Origin: Eledone cirrhosa
Lineage: Eukaryota
DNA: 64,000 nt
Direction of reading: 5' to 3'
Assembly: GCA_964016885.1 (NCBI GenBank)
Contig: OZ024741.1
Location: forward strand, 206,398,001-206,462,000
Shown: positions 46,695 through 59,793 of the stretch, in pieces
How positions within the stretch are numbered: position 1 is the stretch's first letter
How the letters are laid out: each line of letters begins with the position of its first letter
Position numbers and translations under genes: made by a program
Notes under the pieces: generated by a model
Told to the model about the DNA's origin: nothing
Seen by the model: the letters and a program-made list of their open reading frames with translations, nothing else
Databases searched by the model: none

Positions 46695-47230
46695 ATGTAT
46701 GTTTATTTGTGTGCTTGTGCTTGTGTGTGTGAGTGTAGAAAGATGATTCTATTAGTAGAAATGGGGGAGGGAGTTGTGTGTGTATGGGTGTTATATGTGT
46801 GTATGTGTGTGAGTATGGTTAGCGTGTTAAGGTGGAGAGAATATATTTTTTGTGTGTGTGTGTTATGTGTGTGTGTATGTGTGTATGGGAGTGTGGTTAG
46901 CATGTTAAGATGGAGAGAATATATATATTTTGTGTGTGTATGGGTGTCATGTGTCTGTGTGTATGTGTGTGTGGGAGTATGGTTAGCATGTTGAGATGGA
47001 GAGAATATATATATATGTGTGTGTGTGTAGGAAAATGATTCCGCTAGTAGAAATGGGGAGGGAGTTGTGTGTGTGTGAGGTGGGGGTGGGGTCGGGTGGT
47101 TAACATGTTAAGGTGTTAGAGTATTAACGTATATTAAGGTTTATTTCGTTCTGGTTTTTATTTTCTAAAGTAGAAGGTGTTATGTGTGTGTGTATGTGTC
47201 TGTTTGGATGGTTAGCATGTTATGGTGTTG
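46695..47230. repeat. TG-rich minisatellite (units containing ggttagcatgttaagatggagagaatat) in the PLE2 3' region
   Basis: Motif recurs near 46815, 46895, 46980, 47098 and 47210. Confidence 0.8.
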
Positions 47231-49039
47231 ACATAATGTATATTAAACTATATTTAATGCTGGTCTATATTTTTGAATAAACATATTTTCCTTGTTTATT
47301 TGTATTTGTTCTGTTGTATTGTCAGTGCAAAGATAAAATGGGATGACTTGGAATGTGGGTGTCTTATTACTTGCGCATATGTCTAGATGTGCACTTAGTG
47401 GTATCTGTATCGTGGTTGGATCTTGTAATTGTTGGCGATGAACTGTCATTCTGTTTCTGAGTGTGAATTAGTTTGTCCTATATAATCTTCATTGCATCCT
47501 TTACATTTAATGGCATGAAACAGATTTTTTGATGAGCAAATGAAATGATTTTTTACAGCGAAATTTTGTCTTGATTGAAATGTATACGTGTTGCCTTCAA
47601 TGAGGTGAGTGCAGGTTCCACATTTTTTGACAGTTAGTTGTGGGTTTGTGGTAGGTAATTTGGCATTGGTTTTCAGTGATTTCGGCTTTTGATTATTTTG
47701 TGTGTTTCAAGGGCTTTTTTTATTCTTGGGTCTTGTTTCAATAGTGGGATGTTCTTGCGAATAGTGTTGTAAGCTTCCGCATTTCTTGGGTTGTGTGTTG
47801 AGATATATTATAGAATATTGGACGTACCTTGAATTTGTTTCTGTTTTCATAATTCATCAATACCTATTGCTTTAGTCATTTCTATTCCATTATATATTAG
47901 TAATGGTGGGTACTGTCTTTCGAGTAGAATTTCCTTTAATTCTTGAAGTCTTTTATTTCGCGTTTCAGAATTGGAGACAATTGTACACATTCTTCTTGCT
48001 AGGTTAAAAGGGATGTTCGTCTTCGTGTGCTTTGGATGGTTGGAGGTGAATAGCAGGTATTGTTTGGAATCTGTTGGATGTCAGTTTCAATATTTGTGTC
48101 TTTTTTAAGATTAAGATGTCCAGAAATGGGAGTTCATCTTGGCTGTATTCCATTGTGAATTGGATGCCGTTAATTACATTTTTGAAATCATTTAGTTGGT
48201 CGAGTGTGTGAGACCAAAGAATGAAACAATCATCCAAGTAGCGTTTCTAATTCTCTGATAAATATTTGTGGAAGTTCAATCCGTATTTTGATTTGGACTG
48301 TACACATATATGGACTTCCAAGTATGCCATGACTAAGTTGGCATAAGTTGGAACGGCTTTTGTACCCATCGCAGTCCCCGATGTTTGCTTGTAAGTACTG
48401 CCATCGAAATCAAAAGAGTTGTTCTGTAAAATAAATATTAATCCCTCGTTGATGAAGCTTCTTTCTATTCTGTCAGGTATCTCATTGGGATATTTCTCTA
48501 GCCAGAAACCTATTACTTCTAGTCCGTATTGGTGTGGGATCGTTGTGTAAAGATTCACTACAAGGAAAGACACAATAATAGTGTCATTGTTGATATGTTT
48601 GGGGAGGTGGTTTAAGAGGTACAGATCGTCTCTTACAAGGCTTGGTATGTGTTTGAGAATTGGTTTTAGTAGTATGTCCATAAAGTTGCTTAGTCTGAGT
48701 GTTTCACATTGTGGGCCTGCTACAATTGGTCTTAATTAAGATTTGTGGTGGTATTGTGTGTTCACGCAGGTTGAGGTAGATTATTTACAGGTATCGTTAA
48801 TTATTTTACTCTTGTGGATCTTCGGAAGTCCGTAAAGGTTGCTGGTTTTGTATTCAAAATGTGTTAAATAATCGCGTTCCTTTTTAATTAAGTCTTCCTG
48901 GTATCGACAAATGAATGTGTTTAATCTGGTCATCGTTTTTGATTGCTGGTAGTTTTTACTTTTTCATAGTTATTAGTATTTTGTAAGAGAGAGAACATAG
49001 AATTTTTATATTTTTCAGCATCCATAATGTTCAGCATCC

Positions 49040-49042
<3 letters not shown>

Positions 49043-49114
<72 letters not shown>

Positions 49115-49144
49115 TCACACACACACAGATATATATATATATAA

Positions 49145-49230
<86 letters not shown>
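49043..49230. repeat. (TA)n followed by (TAA)n microsatellite
   Basis: Read directly. Confidence 0.95.
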
Positions 49231-52200
49231 GGCACGAGAGAAGAAGACGCACGAGGTGGCGGAAGGTCATGAAATCGTTCCCGTAAGTTTTGAATTTTTA
49301 ACATATTTAAATTATTTGTGAAATAACAACTCTTAGTACAAATGCTACGTAAAGCATCCGGCTTGAGCCCCAAAAAATTCGGACCCAAAATATATTGTTA
49401 TAAGGCTCAAATATTCAAATATTCAACTTTGTATTGTACATTGTATATTCAAAAAAGAAAATGGCTATAAATGGAAGAAGAACCCCCCCCCCCTCCTCTG
49501 TCTACGCTATATAGAACAGCCAAACAACACCAGAAACTAGATACAACACCTACCCCATCACCTCTCTGTGTACACTAAACACAACAGCCAGATAACGGCA
49601 ATTTCACCACCACCACTCACTACTGCCATCATTACCACCACTATTCCATCACCGCCGCCACCACTCCTTCATTGCTACCACCGCTACAACACAATCACTA
49701 CAGTAATACGATCACATCACCGCCACCACTGCCTCGGTATCTACATCACCACCACCACTGTCTCAGTATCGATACCGCCTCTACTGTCTCCCACATCTCC
49801 CCGCCGCCAGCACTCCTTCATTGCTACCACCACTATTCCCCTGTTAACTTGAGAGAGAAAGGGGAAGGTGGCGGTATCACTAGACAAGGGAGAGGCTAGC
49901 AAAAGATATAAATAGATTGACTTAGTGACCTGGCCAAGGCCAAACGTCAATATAAACAACTATGGGACTGCTGGCTCACCCCTTCCTCACCACCACCGAC
50001 AAAGCCAATAACAATAACAGCCAACTACAACAAAAAGTATATTATATTATTGTAATGCACTGGGTGATTGCTGGCCTTGTACCTGGAGTGGAGACAATTA
50101 TTAATAATTTCATTCTTAAGCCACGCAATGCTCACATTAAGGAACCACTCATGATAATAATAATTTAAAAAAAACAACAAAAAGAAAACCCCGTGACCAA
50201 GAAATACCGGGATGGCGGCCGGCGGGGAATAGCCGTGTCTCTAGGGGAGAACGACCACTCTAGTCTTGGTTGATAAGGATAAAACGCGAAAAAATAAAGT
50301 AAATGTCTAATGAGAAAATCTCATACCGGATCGGCCGTCACCCGGGTAAAAAAGGGCCGCGTCCCTCAGAGAGGAACCAGACTGGGGTCGAAAAATCAGC
50401 TAATGGTTCAAACCTTCCCATCACTTCGGAGCTGGAGACCTCCCATAACCGGAATACTCCTACTGTTGGCCCTCCATGCTCACCACCAAGAAATCCAAAG
50501 AAAAAGAGAGAAAAATTGTCAAGGGAAGATAATAAAGAAGTCCTTGAGGCTTTCTACACTGCCATGTACTACCCATCACATACATCGAATACAGAACAGA
50601 CATATATCAACTGGAAAAAGAAACATCCCGAAAACAGAGGCTATATTGACAGTAACAAACTAGCCAATATACGAAGAAATATTGTAAGAAAAAAGTTACT
50701 AACTGATATATAAATTGATCAGATCAAGCTATTAGCACAAAGTCAGCGAAGGGAAAATGAAACATGTGTCAGTGAAAACGAGGTAAACTGTAACACTTCG
50801 AATCCCAGGGTTGGGGCGGAATCACTGGCAACAGAACAAATTAAAGAAAGGATCGAAAAAGTGGAGGGAGCGCATGCTCAGGATGAAACTCCAAATGAAA
50901 ATAATGAGATCGTAAATGATAAAGAAATGAATGAGAATGAACTTGCCAACTTGAAGGATGAAATTATGATCGAATGGATGAACATGAAAGAATCTGACAT
51001 GGGGCAACGAGACACCCTCCCTAAGATCCAGAACTCCAAACAGAACCAAAAGATAATACACAAGACTAACATAATTCTCAAAAATATTATCATCACAAAC
51101 AAACTAAACATTACTGATTTAAATCATCTCTATTATGCATCGGCTAAAGTCACCACTCACTTATGTGGAGTGAAGATGAAAAAACAAAGGAATTCCCACA
51201 AGAAATCTACTTGGCAAGAGAACATCAATCGCCAAATAAACCTTCTCCGATCTGACATAGAAATGTTAACAAACTATAAAGTAGGTGAACATGTTAAACA
51301 AACTAAACTTAGAAAATTGAAAAAAAAGTACAGTATAAAATCAACATGTGACATAGACATGCTGACAGAAATAATCAAGCAAAAAGTGTCGGCCAAAGCT
51401 GCTCGTATAAGGCGCTTTGAAAAACGATCTAGATTCTATAAGGACAATAATATGTTCAAAAACAACCAAAGAAACTTCTACAGAAAAATTGGTAAGTCAA
51501 CAATAACTGCTAAATCAATACCACCCAAGGAGGAAGTGCAAGAATTCTGGGAAAAGATCTGGGCCGAAGAAAAAGTTCATAACATACATGCCCCATGGAT
51601 AGACAGACAAATGAAAGATACAGCTCACCTTGAGGAACAAACATGGGAAAATATAACAGTTGAACAGATGCGCTTGGCTCTAAGAAAAACCAGCAAATGG
51701 AAATCCCCAGGAAAAGACAAAATACAAAACTTTTGGATAAATGCCTTCACAGAGTCTCATGAGCTGTTAGCCCAACTTTACAATGAAATAGTTAAGGAGC
51801 CAGAAAAGATACCTTCATGGCTAGTTAACGGCATTACATTCCTGCTTCCGAAGAATGATGAGACAAACAATCCCAAAAAATTACAGACCGATACTTGCTT
51901 GACCACAATGTATAAAATTTTAACATCAGTCCTAACTGAATACACATATGACCACCTGATAACAAATGACCTATTTCCCATTGAGCAGAAAGGGTGTAAA
52001 CGAGGCTCATATGGCTGTAAGGATCAGCTTCAGGTTAACAAAATTATACTGGAAGATTGTCATAATAGACACAAAAATCTATCGATTTTTGGATAGATTA
52101 TATAAAAGCATTCGATAGTTTGCCACACAGTTGGATTGAAAAATGTTTAGAGATTTTCAAAGTATCCCCCGTTGTCAGGAGGTTTTTGTCATTCAGTATG

Positions 52201-54096
52201 AAGACATGGAAAACGACACTCCTTTTGAATAGTGAAACAAAATCACTGGAAGCTGGAGAAGTTGATATTAATTGTGGAATTTTTCAGGGTGATTCTTTAT
52301 CACCGCTTTTATTCTGCATCGCACTTATACCATTAAGTAAAATGCTCAATGAAACAAAACATGGATATAAAGTCTATGACAAAACCATTAATCACCTGTT
52401 CTACATGGATGACCTGAAACTATTTGCAAAAAATGATGAACAATTGCAAGGGCTATTATCCACTGTGAAGCAGTTCAGTGATGACATTAAAATGGAGTTT
52501 GGACTAGATAAATGGGCCAAAGCAACGTTCACCAGAGGAAAGCTGCTGAAGTGTTCAGACATTAATCTTGATCGGGGGAACGTGATAAGAGAACTTGATC
52601 AAGAAAAAACTTACAAATATCTAGGTGTTTGTGAAGCAGACGGAATCAAGCACTCGACAATGAGGGAAAGGATAAGGAAGGAATGTTACCGCAGAGTAAG
52701 AGCAATCTTAAGAACGGAATTGAATGCAAGGAATAGGATCGATGCCATAAACACGCTTGCCATACCAGTAGTAACCTACAGTTACAATGTCATCAACTGG
52801 TCAAGCACAGAGATCCGTAGGCTCGATACAAAAATTCGAAAATTCTTAACAATGCACAGAATGCATCACCCTAAGGCAGATATAGATAGAATATATCTCC
52901 CTAGGAAAGAAGGAGGACGTGGGTTAATCCAGTTAGACATTGCGTTGAAAACTGCAACAATTGGATTATCTACATATCTAAGGGAATCACATGATTGGAT
53001 GATAAAACTCGTTTTAAAACACGAAAGCATCAAAAGATCATATTCCATTACAAAAGATGCACAAAGATACAGTAATGGACTACAAATTTCAGAAGTCCAA
53101 TTTACTGCTGAAATGGAAAACACAGAAAAAGCAAAGCAGGTAAAAGTAACTGCAAAGAAAGAACTGCTACAGAAACTGGCTAAGAGATGGCAAGAAAAGC
53201 CTCTGTATGGAAAATACCCAGAGCGAGCTAACAATCCTGATGTTGACAAAACTTTAACCCATCAGTGGTTGGCATCCTCTGGACTGAAATCGGAGACTGA
53301 AGGACTGATTATATCGGCACAAGATCAGTGTCTGCCAACAAAAAATTACCAAGCCAACATAATAAAAAATGGGTGCAGCCCATTATGCCGTGTATGCAAA
53401 AAACAACCAGAGACCATTGACCATATAATTTCAATGTGCAGTCCTATAGCTCCAACCGAATAACTAAACAGGCATGACAGAGCTGCACAATACATACATT
53501 GGATAATGTGTAAGCATTTTGACCTGCCCCATCAAAAGAATTGGTGGGAGCATCAACCACCTCCCATTCTTGAAAAAGATCACATCTCAATCTTGTGGAA
53601 CTTTAGCATCCAAACAGACCGAAAAATAGATGCAAACAGACCTGATATAATATTGAAAGACTTTCAAAAGAGGGTATGCCTGCTAATTGATATGTCTGTT
53701 CCAATAGACAAGAATGTATCTATAAAAACATTTGAAAAATTGAGCAAGTCTCAGGACCTGGAGATAGAAATTGGAAACATGTGGAAATTGAGAACTAAAA
53801 CAATACCAGTGGTTGTAGGCGCTTCTGGGAATGATACCTAAGGGGTCTAATGATTACTTATCGCAAATCCCAGGAAACCCGCGTATAGGAGAAATACAAA
53901 AGATAGTACTAATGGGAACTGCCCATATACTAAGGAAGATTCTGTCAATATAAGTACATCACAAGTCTAAACACTAAAGATGCATGTGTGAATATGTATG
54001 TTCTTTCTTGAACATGACGGACCTTGTTGTCTCTTGAGGTCACTGGTTGTGACTTGGTGATAACTCGTATGAACATAAAGCAAGATAAATACAACT

Positions 54097-54097
<1 letters not shown>
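49231..54097 (+). mobile_element. R4/Dong-clade element, family A, full-length degenerate copy A2
   Basis: 5' leader plus ORF pieces 50303-53950; (TAA)n on both flanks. Confidence 0.93.
50303..53952 (+). pseudogene. RT-RLE polyprotein of A2 with several stops and frameshifts
   Basis: GIFQGDSLSP, YMDD, CRVCKKQPETIDHIISMC, RHD, RPDIILKD..LLIDMSVP..EKLSK. Confidence 0.92.
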
Positions 54098-54130
<33 letters not shown>

Positions 54131-54137
54131 GAAGAAG

Positions 54138-55378
54138 AAGAACTGAATACATTCGGAGAATAAGGAGCGTATTAAAGTCACATCTGAACAGTAGGAATGC
54201 CATAAGTGCAGTAAATTCCCGAGCTGTGTCTATTATTAGGTACATTGCGGGAATTCTGAGATGGAATGTTGCTGAACAAAAAGAAATGGATAGGAAGACT
54301 AGGAAGCTATTGACTATCTAAAACATGTTCCACAAGAGGAGTGATGTCGATAGACTCTACTTAAGGAGATCTGAAGGTGGAAGAGGTCTTATCAGCATAG
54401 AGGACTGTGTTCAGATGGAGAAAAACAACCTACGTAACTGATAGTAAGGAGCCAATGCTCAGAACTGTACTGAAGGAGGGGACAATAGGCAAGGGGATGT
54501 CCAAGGAGGAAATAACATCAAGGAGAAGGAGCAGCCTTCATGAAAAATCCCTTCATAGTACCTTCTTTGAGAAAACTGAATTTAGAGATCCACAGACATG
54601 GAACTGGTTGAAAAGAGGAGACCTTAAAAAGGCTACAGAAGGAATGTTAATGGCTGCGCAGGAGCAGGCCCTCAAAACAAAGTGGTTGAAACACCATATT
54701 TACAAGGAGGAGGCTAGCCCACTGTGCAGGATCTGTGGAGAGAGAGAGGAGACTGTGGCTCACATTGTATCCGAGTGTAAACACCTAGCCCAGACTCACT
54801 ATAAGGGCTGGAGACATGATGTGATGGGCAGGGTGATCCACTGGCACCTATGCAAAGTAAACAATTTACCACATTCTGAGAAGTGGTATGAGCATAAGCC
54901 AGAGTCGGTGATAGAAAACGATCAGGTGAAGGTGCTGTGGGATTTTAGGATACAGACGGACAAGAAACTTGAACACAATAGACCTGACCTGGTGGTTGTG
55001 GACAAAGAAAAAAGATCGTGCCTGATTGTGGATGTGGCCTGCCCATTAGACACGAGAGTGCAAGAGAAGGAGAGGGAGAAAATTAACCGATACCAGGACT
55101 TAAAGTAAGAGGTAAAAAGGATTTGGAACTGCCATGATGACAAAGTGATCCCGATTGTCATAGGCGCACTAGGGTCTATCTCAAAAAGTTTCCATGGATC
55201 GTTAAAGAAAATTGGCCCCGTCACGCTTTTTGGAACGCTTCAAAAGGCATGCTTGCTGGGAACAGCAAGAACCCTCCGTTACGTCCTGAATATCTGAGAC
55301 TTGATATTCATTTCAACAAACTTTCCAGTTAACTAACATCAATGACTGAGACTCAAAGAGTAATAACAACAGTAGTAA
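54138..55378 (+). mobile_element. 5'-truncated Dong family B copy B3
   Basis: Matches the C-terminal third and 3' UTR of B2; between (TAA)n tracts. Confidence 0.92.
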
Positions 55379-55395
55379 TAATAATAATAATAATA

Positions 55396-55702
55396 ATTGT
55401 TTCTACATTTAGCACAAGGCCAGCAAATACCCAGTGTATTACTGGTACTTTATTTTATCGACCCCGAAAGGATGAAGCGCAAAGTTAACCTCGGCGGGAT
55501 TTGAACACAGAATGGCAAGGACCGTAACTCTATGCGTTAAAGCATGGCATCCCACCCTCTACCGATACTGCCAATCTTCCACCCTTATAATAATAATAAT
55601 AATTGTTTCTACATTTGGCACAAGGCCAGCAATTATCCAGTGCATTACTGGTACTTTATTTTATCGACCCCGTAAGGATGAAAGGCAAAGTTAACCTCGG
55701 CA
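55396..55702 (-). mobile_element. One full (55396-55586) and one 5'-truncated (55602-55702) tRNA-derived SINE in (TAA)n
   Basis: Reverse complement of the SINE at 59594-59793. Confidence 0.85.
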
Positions 55703-56017
55703 ATAATGATATTGAAATGAAGTCATCGGAAGAACCGATGTATCTCCGACCATTTTTTCCTTCGCTCAACGCTTTAATTAAGCCAGCATCATTAAGAGAC
55801 CAACCAAAAAGGAAAGCAGATCTCACACTTATACTTTAAATAGTGAGAGAAACGATTTTATGTGAGTAGAGGACATCATTCTTTTCCCCCTGACTAATGC
55901 ACTAGTTTCTGTTGCACCCATCTGCTGGCAACAGTCCATGCTGGACTGACCTGCACAGAAATTAGGGAATGCTACTAAACATTACGTAATCGGTTAAGAA
56001 TAGCTTCATATACATAC

Positions 56018-56091
<74 letters not shown>

Positions 56092-56829
56092 GTGTTAACT
56101 CAACAGTTAGTTCATCATACCGAGAACAATTGCTTCACTTTAGCGGATCCTCAGCTCGTAATGGACATGGTTATACGGAACAGGAAGGACAACCGTATGA
56201 ACGCGCATGCGCAAAGCGGTCACTTCACTCAGGCAATACAAACCTGTGTGCGAGAGGTGTAAGGGAGATAACTGCGAAAGTCCGAAAGGTTCTAGTTGAT
56301 AAGAAAATTAGGATATTGTTATTCAATCCGGAGCTTTCTAGTTATGTAAGAGGTGTTTCCAGACATGTGGACAACGTGTGAAGAATTCATGTCTTAAGTT
56401 TAGGCAATCGCTATTGCGTAATCTATTTAGAATATTTATCCGTTCATCAATACATAGTCCACAAGACGGATTGCCCCTTGCATATGATTTGCATTTAGTG
56501 ATGGCTTTCCATTGAATGGAGTAGTCTATACTTGAGTTTTTGAGGGACCATATGTGGCTCGCGAGTTTCGTGGATCATCGTTTGTCCGGCTACCTAAAGG
56601 TCGACTGATGGTTCACAGAGAGGCAGAAAGAGAGAGAGGGGTGGGGTTGGAGAGAGAGAGAAAGAGAAAGAGAGAGGGAGAGAGAGAGAGAAACGCACAC
56701 AAACATACACACAAACCCCATATACCTCCTACACGAACCTGCTCTTTCTCTCTCTATTATTCTACTCAGTACACTCCTATTTCTCACCTTACATAAATCT
56801 TGTTCTATTTACTTGTAGACTATGATTAA

Positions 56830-57097
56830 GGCTAGTAACCTTGATTAAAAATGTGTGTGTTACGGGTTCGATTCGTGGACTGAGTTGTGAGCTGTGTTCT
56901 TGAGACAGACATTTCATTTTACGTTACTCCAGCGTACTCAGCTGAACATGAATACCAGCAGTAGCTAAGAGTTTAATTATACGATAGACTGGCGTCTTGT
57001 CCAGGAGGGAGTTTGGTACTCTCAGTTGCTTAACGCCACAGAAACTGGGATAAGCACCGGTCTGATGAGCCTTCGGGTTCGAGACAGACTTTAGACT
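56830..57097 (+). mobile_element. Second tRNA-derived SINE family (CORE/V-like central domain), degenerate
   Basis: B box ggttcgattc, gctgtgttcttgagacagac CORE-like block, tail gaaactgggataagc..ctgatgagcc..cagacttta. Family assignment from memory. Confidence 0.55.
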
Positions 57098-57431
57098 AAA
57101 TAGCCTCGAATTTCTGGAATGTAATTCAAGAAAGTATGTCTAATTTTCTATTTTCGTAACCTCTGCCATTTTATACCAATCGTAGAATTATAATGAACGG
57201 TACACTGAAGAAATCACAAACTATTTCCAATGTAATATGATGACAATTCGATTAAGCCGCCCCCATATTACTGTCATATGTTGCTGACTTCCAACCTATA
57301 CATAGAAACAGATTTGAAGCAACACAATAAAATATTCAATATCCAAACGAAGGTGTTTTGGCTGATTTGCAGAGATTGATTCCCTATTCACAGTTGAACA
57401 TGAACTGAATTAATCTCATTAATGTGGGAAA

Positions 57432-57632
57432 TACGAACGTCGGCTGAAAAGCTCATAGGCTGACTATGAAGAATTAATGCTAGAGCTGTGAAATGTTGCA
57501 TGCATTAATTTTAACTCTTGTAATTAATATTTCATTGTTTCTTTCCAGGGACTATTTTGAAAAATAAACCTCATTTGGTCATTCCATGAGAATATCTTCG
57601 CCGGCCTATGAACGTTTTAGCCAAACGTCGTA
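57432..57632. mobile_element. Tc1/mariner-type MITE
   Basis: ~30-bp imperfect TIRs (tacgaacgtcggctgaaaagctcataggc / gcctatgaacgttttagccaaacgtcgta) bounded by TA. Confidence 0.7.
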
Positions 57633-57847
57633 AGTTTTACCGTGCAGCATACTACAGATATAGCTGAGAATTCGCGCAGTTTAGTGCACAATTAATTAAC
57701 AGAAATCACATAGCATTTAATCACCTTTAAACTACACGTATTCTAAATAACATCTTCCAAAACAATCGCTGAACACAGGTTTAACACACCTTCAGCACAA
57801 TCAGTTCTCAATAATATATAACAACATACATACATATATACATGCAT

Positions 57848-57928
<81 letters not shown>

Positions 57929-57931
<3 letters not shown>

Positions 57932-57972
57932 TGGCGTAGCTAGGGTAAACTGCGCCTAGGGGAAGCATCAAA
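57929..57972 (+). mobile_element. hAT-like left-end fragment
   Basis: CAGTGGCGTAGCTAGG after (TA)n. Confidence 0.4.
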
Positions 57973-59557
57973 GAATGCTCTTACTCTGCGTTAACATTCC
58001 CTCCTTATTCTTTCCCTCATTGTCGACTGCTTCATTCCGTCTCCTTCACAAATACCTAGATATTTGTAAGTTTCCTCTTTATCAAGTTCTCTTATCACAT
58101 TCCCCGATCAAGATTAATGTCTGAACTTCTCACCAGCTTTCCTCTGTTGAACGTTGCTTTGGCGCATTTATCTAGTCCAAACTCCATTTTAATATCATCA
58201 CTGAACTGCTTCACAGTGGATAATAGCCCTTGCAATTGCTCATCATTCTTTGCAAATAGTTTCAGGTCATCCATGTAGAACAAGTGATTAATGGTCTTGT
58301 CATAGACTTCATATCCATGTTTTGTTTCGTTAAGCATTTTACTTAATGGTATAAGTGTGATGCAGAATAAAAGCGGTGATAAAGAGTCACCCTGAAAAAT
58401 TCCACAATTAATATTAACTTCTTCAGCTTCCAGTGATTTTTTTTCACTATTCAAAAGGAGTGTCGTTTTCCATGTTTTCATACTGAATGACAGGAACCTC
58501 CTGACAACGGGAGATATTTTAAAAATCTCTAAACATTTTTCAATCCAACTGTGTGGCAAACTATCGAATGCTTTTTTTATAATATATCCAAGCAATTGAT
58601 AGATTTTTGTGTCTATTATGACAATCTTCCAGTATCATTTTGTTAATCAAAAGCTGATCCCTACAGCCATATGAGCCTCGTTTACACCCTCTCTGCTCAT
58701 TGGGAAATAGGTCATTTGTTATCAGGTGGTCAAAAGTGTATTCAGTTAGGACTAATGTTAAAATTTTATACATTGTGGTCAAGCAAGTTATCGGTCTGTA
58801 ATTTTTGGGATTGTTTGTCACATCATTCTTCGGGAGTAGGAATGTAATGCCGTTAACTAACCATGATGGTATCTTTTCTGGCTCATTAACCATTTCATTG
58901 TAAAGTTGGGCTAACATCTCATGAGACTCTGCAAAGGCATTTATCCAAAAATTTGGTATTTTGTCTTTCCCTGGGGATTTCCATTTGCTGGAAATTCTAA
59001 GAGCTAAACGCAGATGATCTTCAACTGTTATATTTTCCCATGTTTGTTCCTCAAGGTGAGCTTTATCTTTCATTTGTCTGTCTATCCATGGGGCATGTAT
59101 ATTATGAACTTTTTATTCGGCCCAGATCTTTTCCCAGAATTATTTATTGCACTCCCTCCTTGGGTGGTATTGATTTCGCAGTTATTGTTGACTTGCCAAT
59201 TTTTCTGTAGAAGGTTTTTTGGTTGTATTTGAACATATTATTGTCCTTATAGAATCTAGAGCGTTTTTCAAAGCGCCTTATACGAGCAGCTTTCGCCGTC
59301 AATTTTTGCTTGATTATTTCTATCAGCATGTCTATGTCACATGTTGATTTTATACTGTATTTTCTTCTCAATTTTTTAAGTTTAGTTTGTTTCACATGTT
59401 CACCTACTTTATAGTTTGTTAAAATTTCTATGTCAGATCGGAGAAGGTTTATTTGGCGATTGATGTTCTCTTGCCAAGTAGATTTCTTGTGGGAATTCCT
59501 TTCTTTTTTTCATTTTCACTCCACACGAGTGAGTGGTGGCTTTAGCCGATGCATAGT
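57973..59557 (-). mobile_element. Dong family A internal fragment A3
   Basis: RT ORF pieces near-identical to A1 and A2. Confidence 0.9.
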
Positions 59558-59593
59558 AGATAGTTATTATCATTATTATTATTATTATTGTTT

Positions 59594-59793
59594 AGGGCGG
59601 TGGATTGGCAGTATCGGTAGAGGGTTCGACGCCATGCTTTGAAGCATAGAGTTACGGCCCTTGCCATTCTGAGTTCAAAACCCGCCGAGGTTAACTTTGC
59701 CTTTCATCCTTACGGGGTCGATAAAATAAAGTACCAGTAATGCACTGGGTAATTGCTGGCCTTGTGCCAAAAGGTAGAAACAATTATTATTAT
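59594..59793 (+). mobile_element. tRNA-derived SINE, full length, in (TTA)n
   Basis: A box tggcagtatcgg, B box gagttcaaaaccc, core, tail ggccttgtgccaaaaggtagaaac followed by (ATT)n. Confidence 0.88.

Larger units (their letters stand above)
45949..49042 (-). mobile_element. Penelope-like element PLE2 (Neptune-type), degenerate, (TA)n at both ends
   Basis: RT fragments [39 protein letters not shown]-terminus HRQQ..PLSAHLDIC..ENMFIQKYRPALN. pLTR with hammerhead at 46079-46114. Confidence 0.88.

Noticed and set aside
46695-47230. Repeat-spacer-like pattern suggestive of CRISPR
   Set aside because: The spacers are TG microsatellite, the repeats are degenerate, the context is a eukaryotic TE and there are no cas genes.
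57062-57090. CTGATGAG..ttcg..GAGAC as a hammerhead
   Set aside because: It has GAGA instead of GAAA and no stem III or cleavage triplet; it is part of a SINE tail.
59594-59690. tRNA gene
   Set aside because: Only A/B boxes of a SINE head are present; there is no complete cloverleaf.
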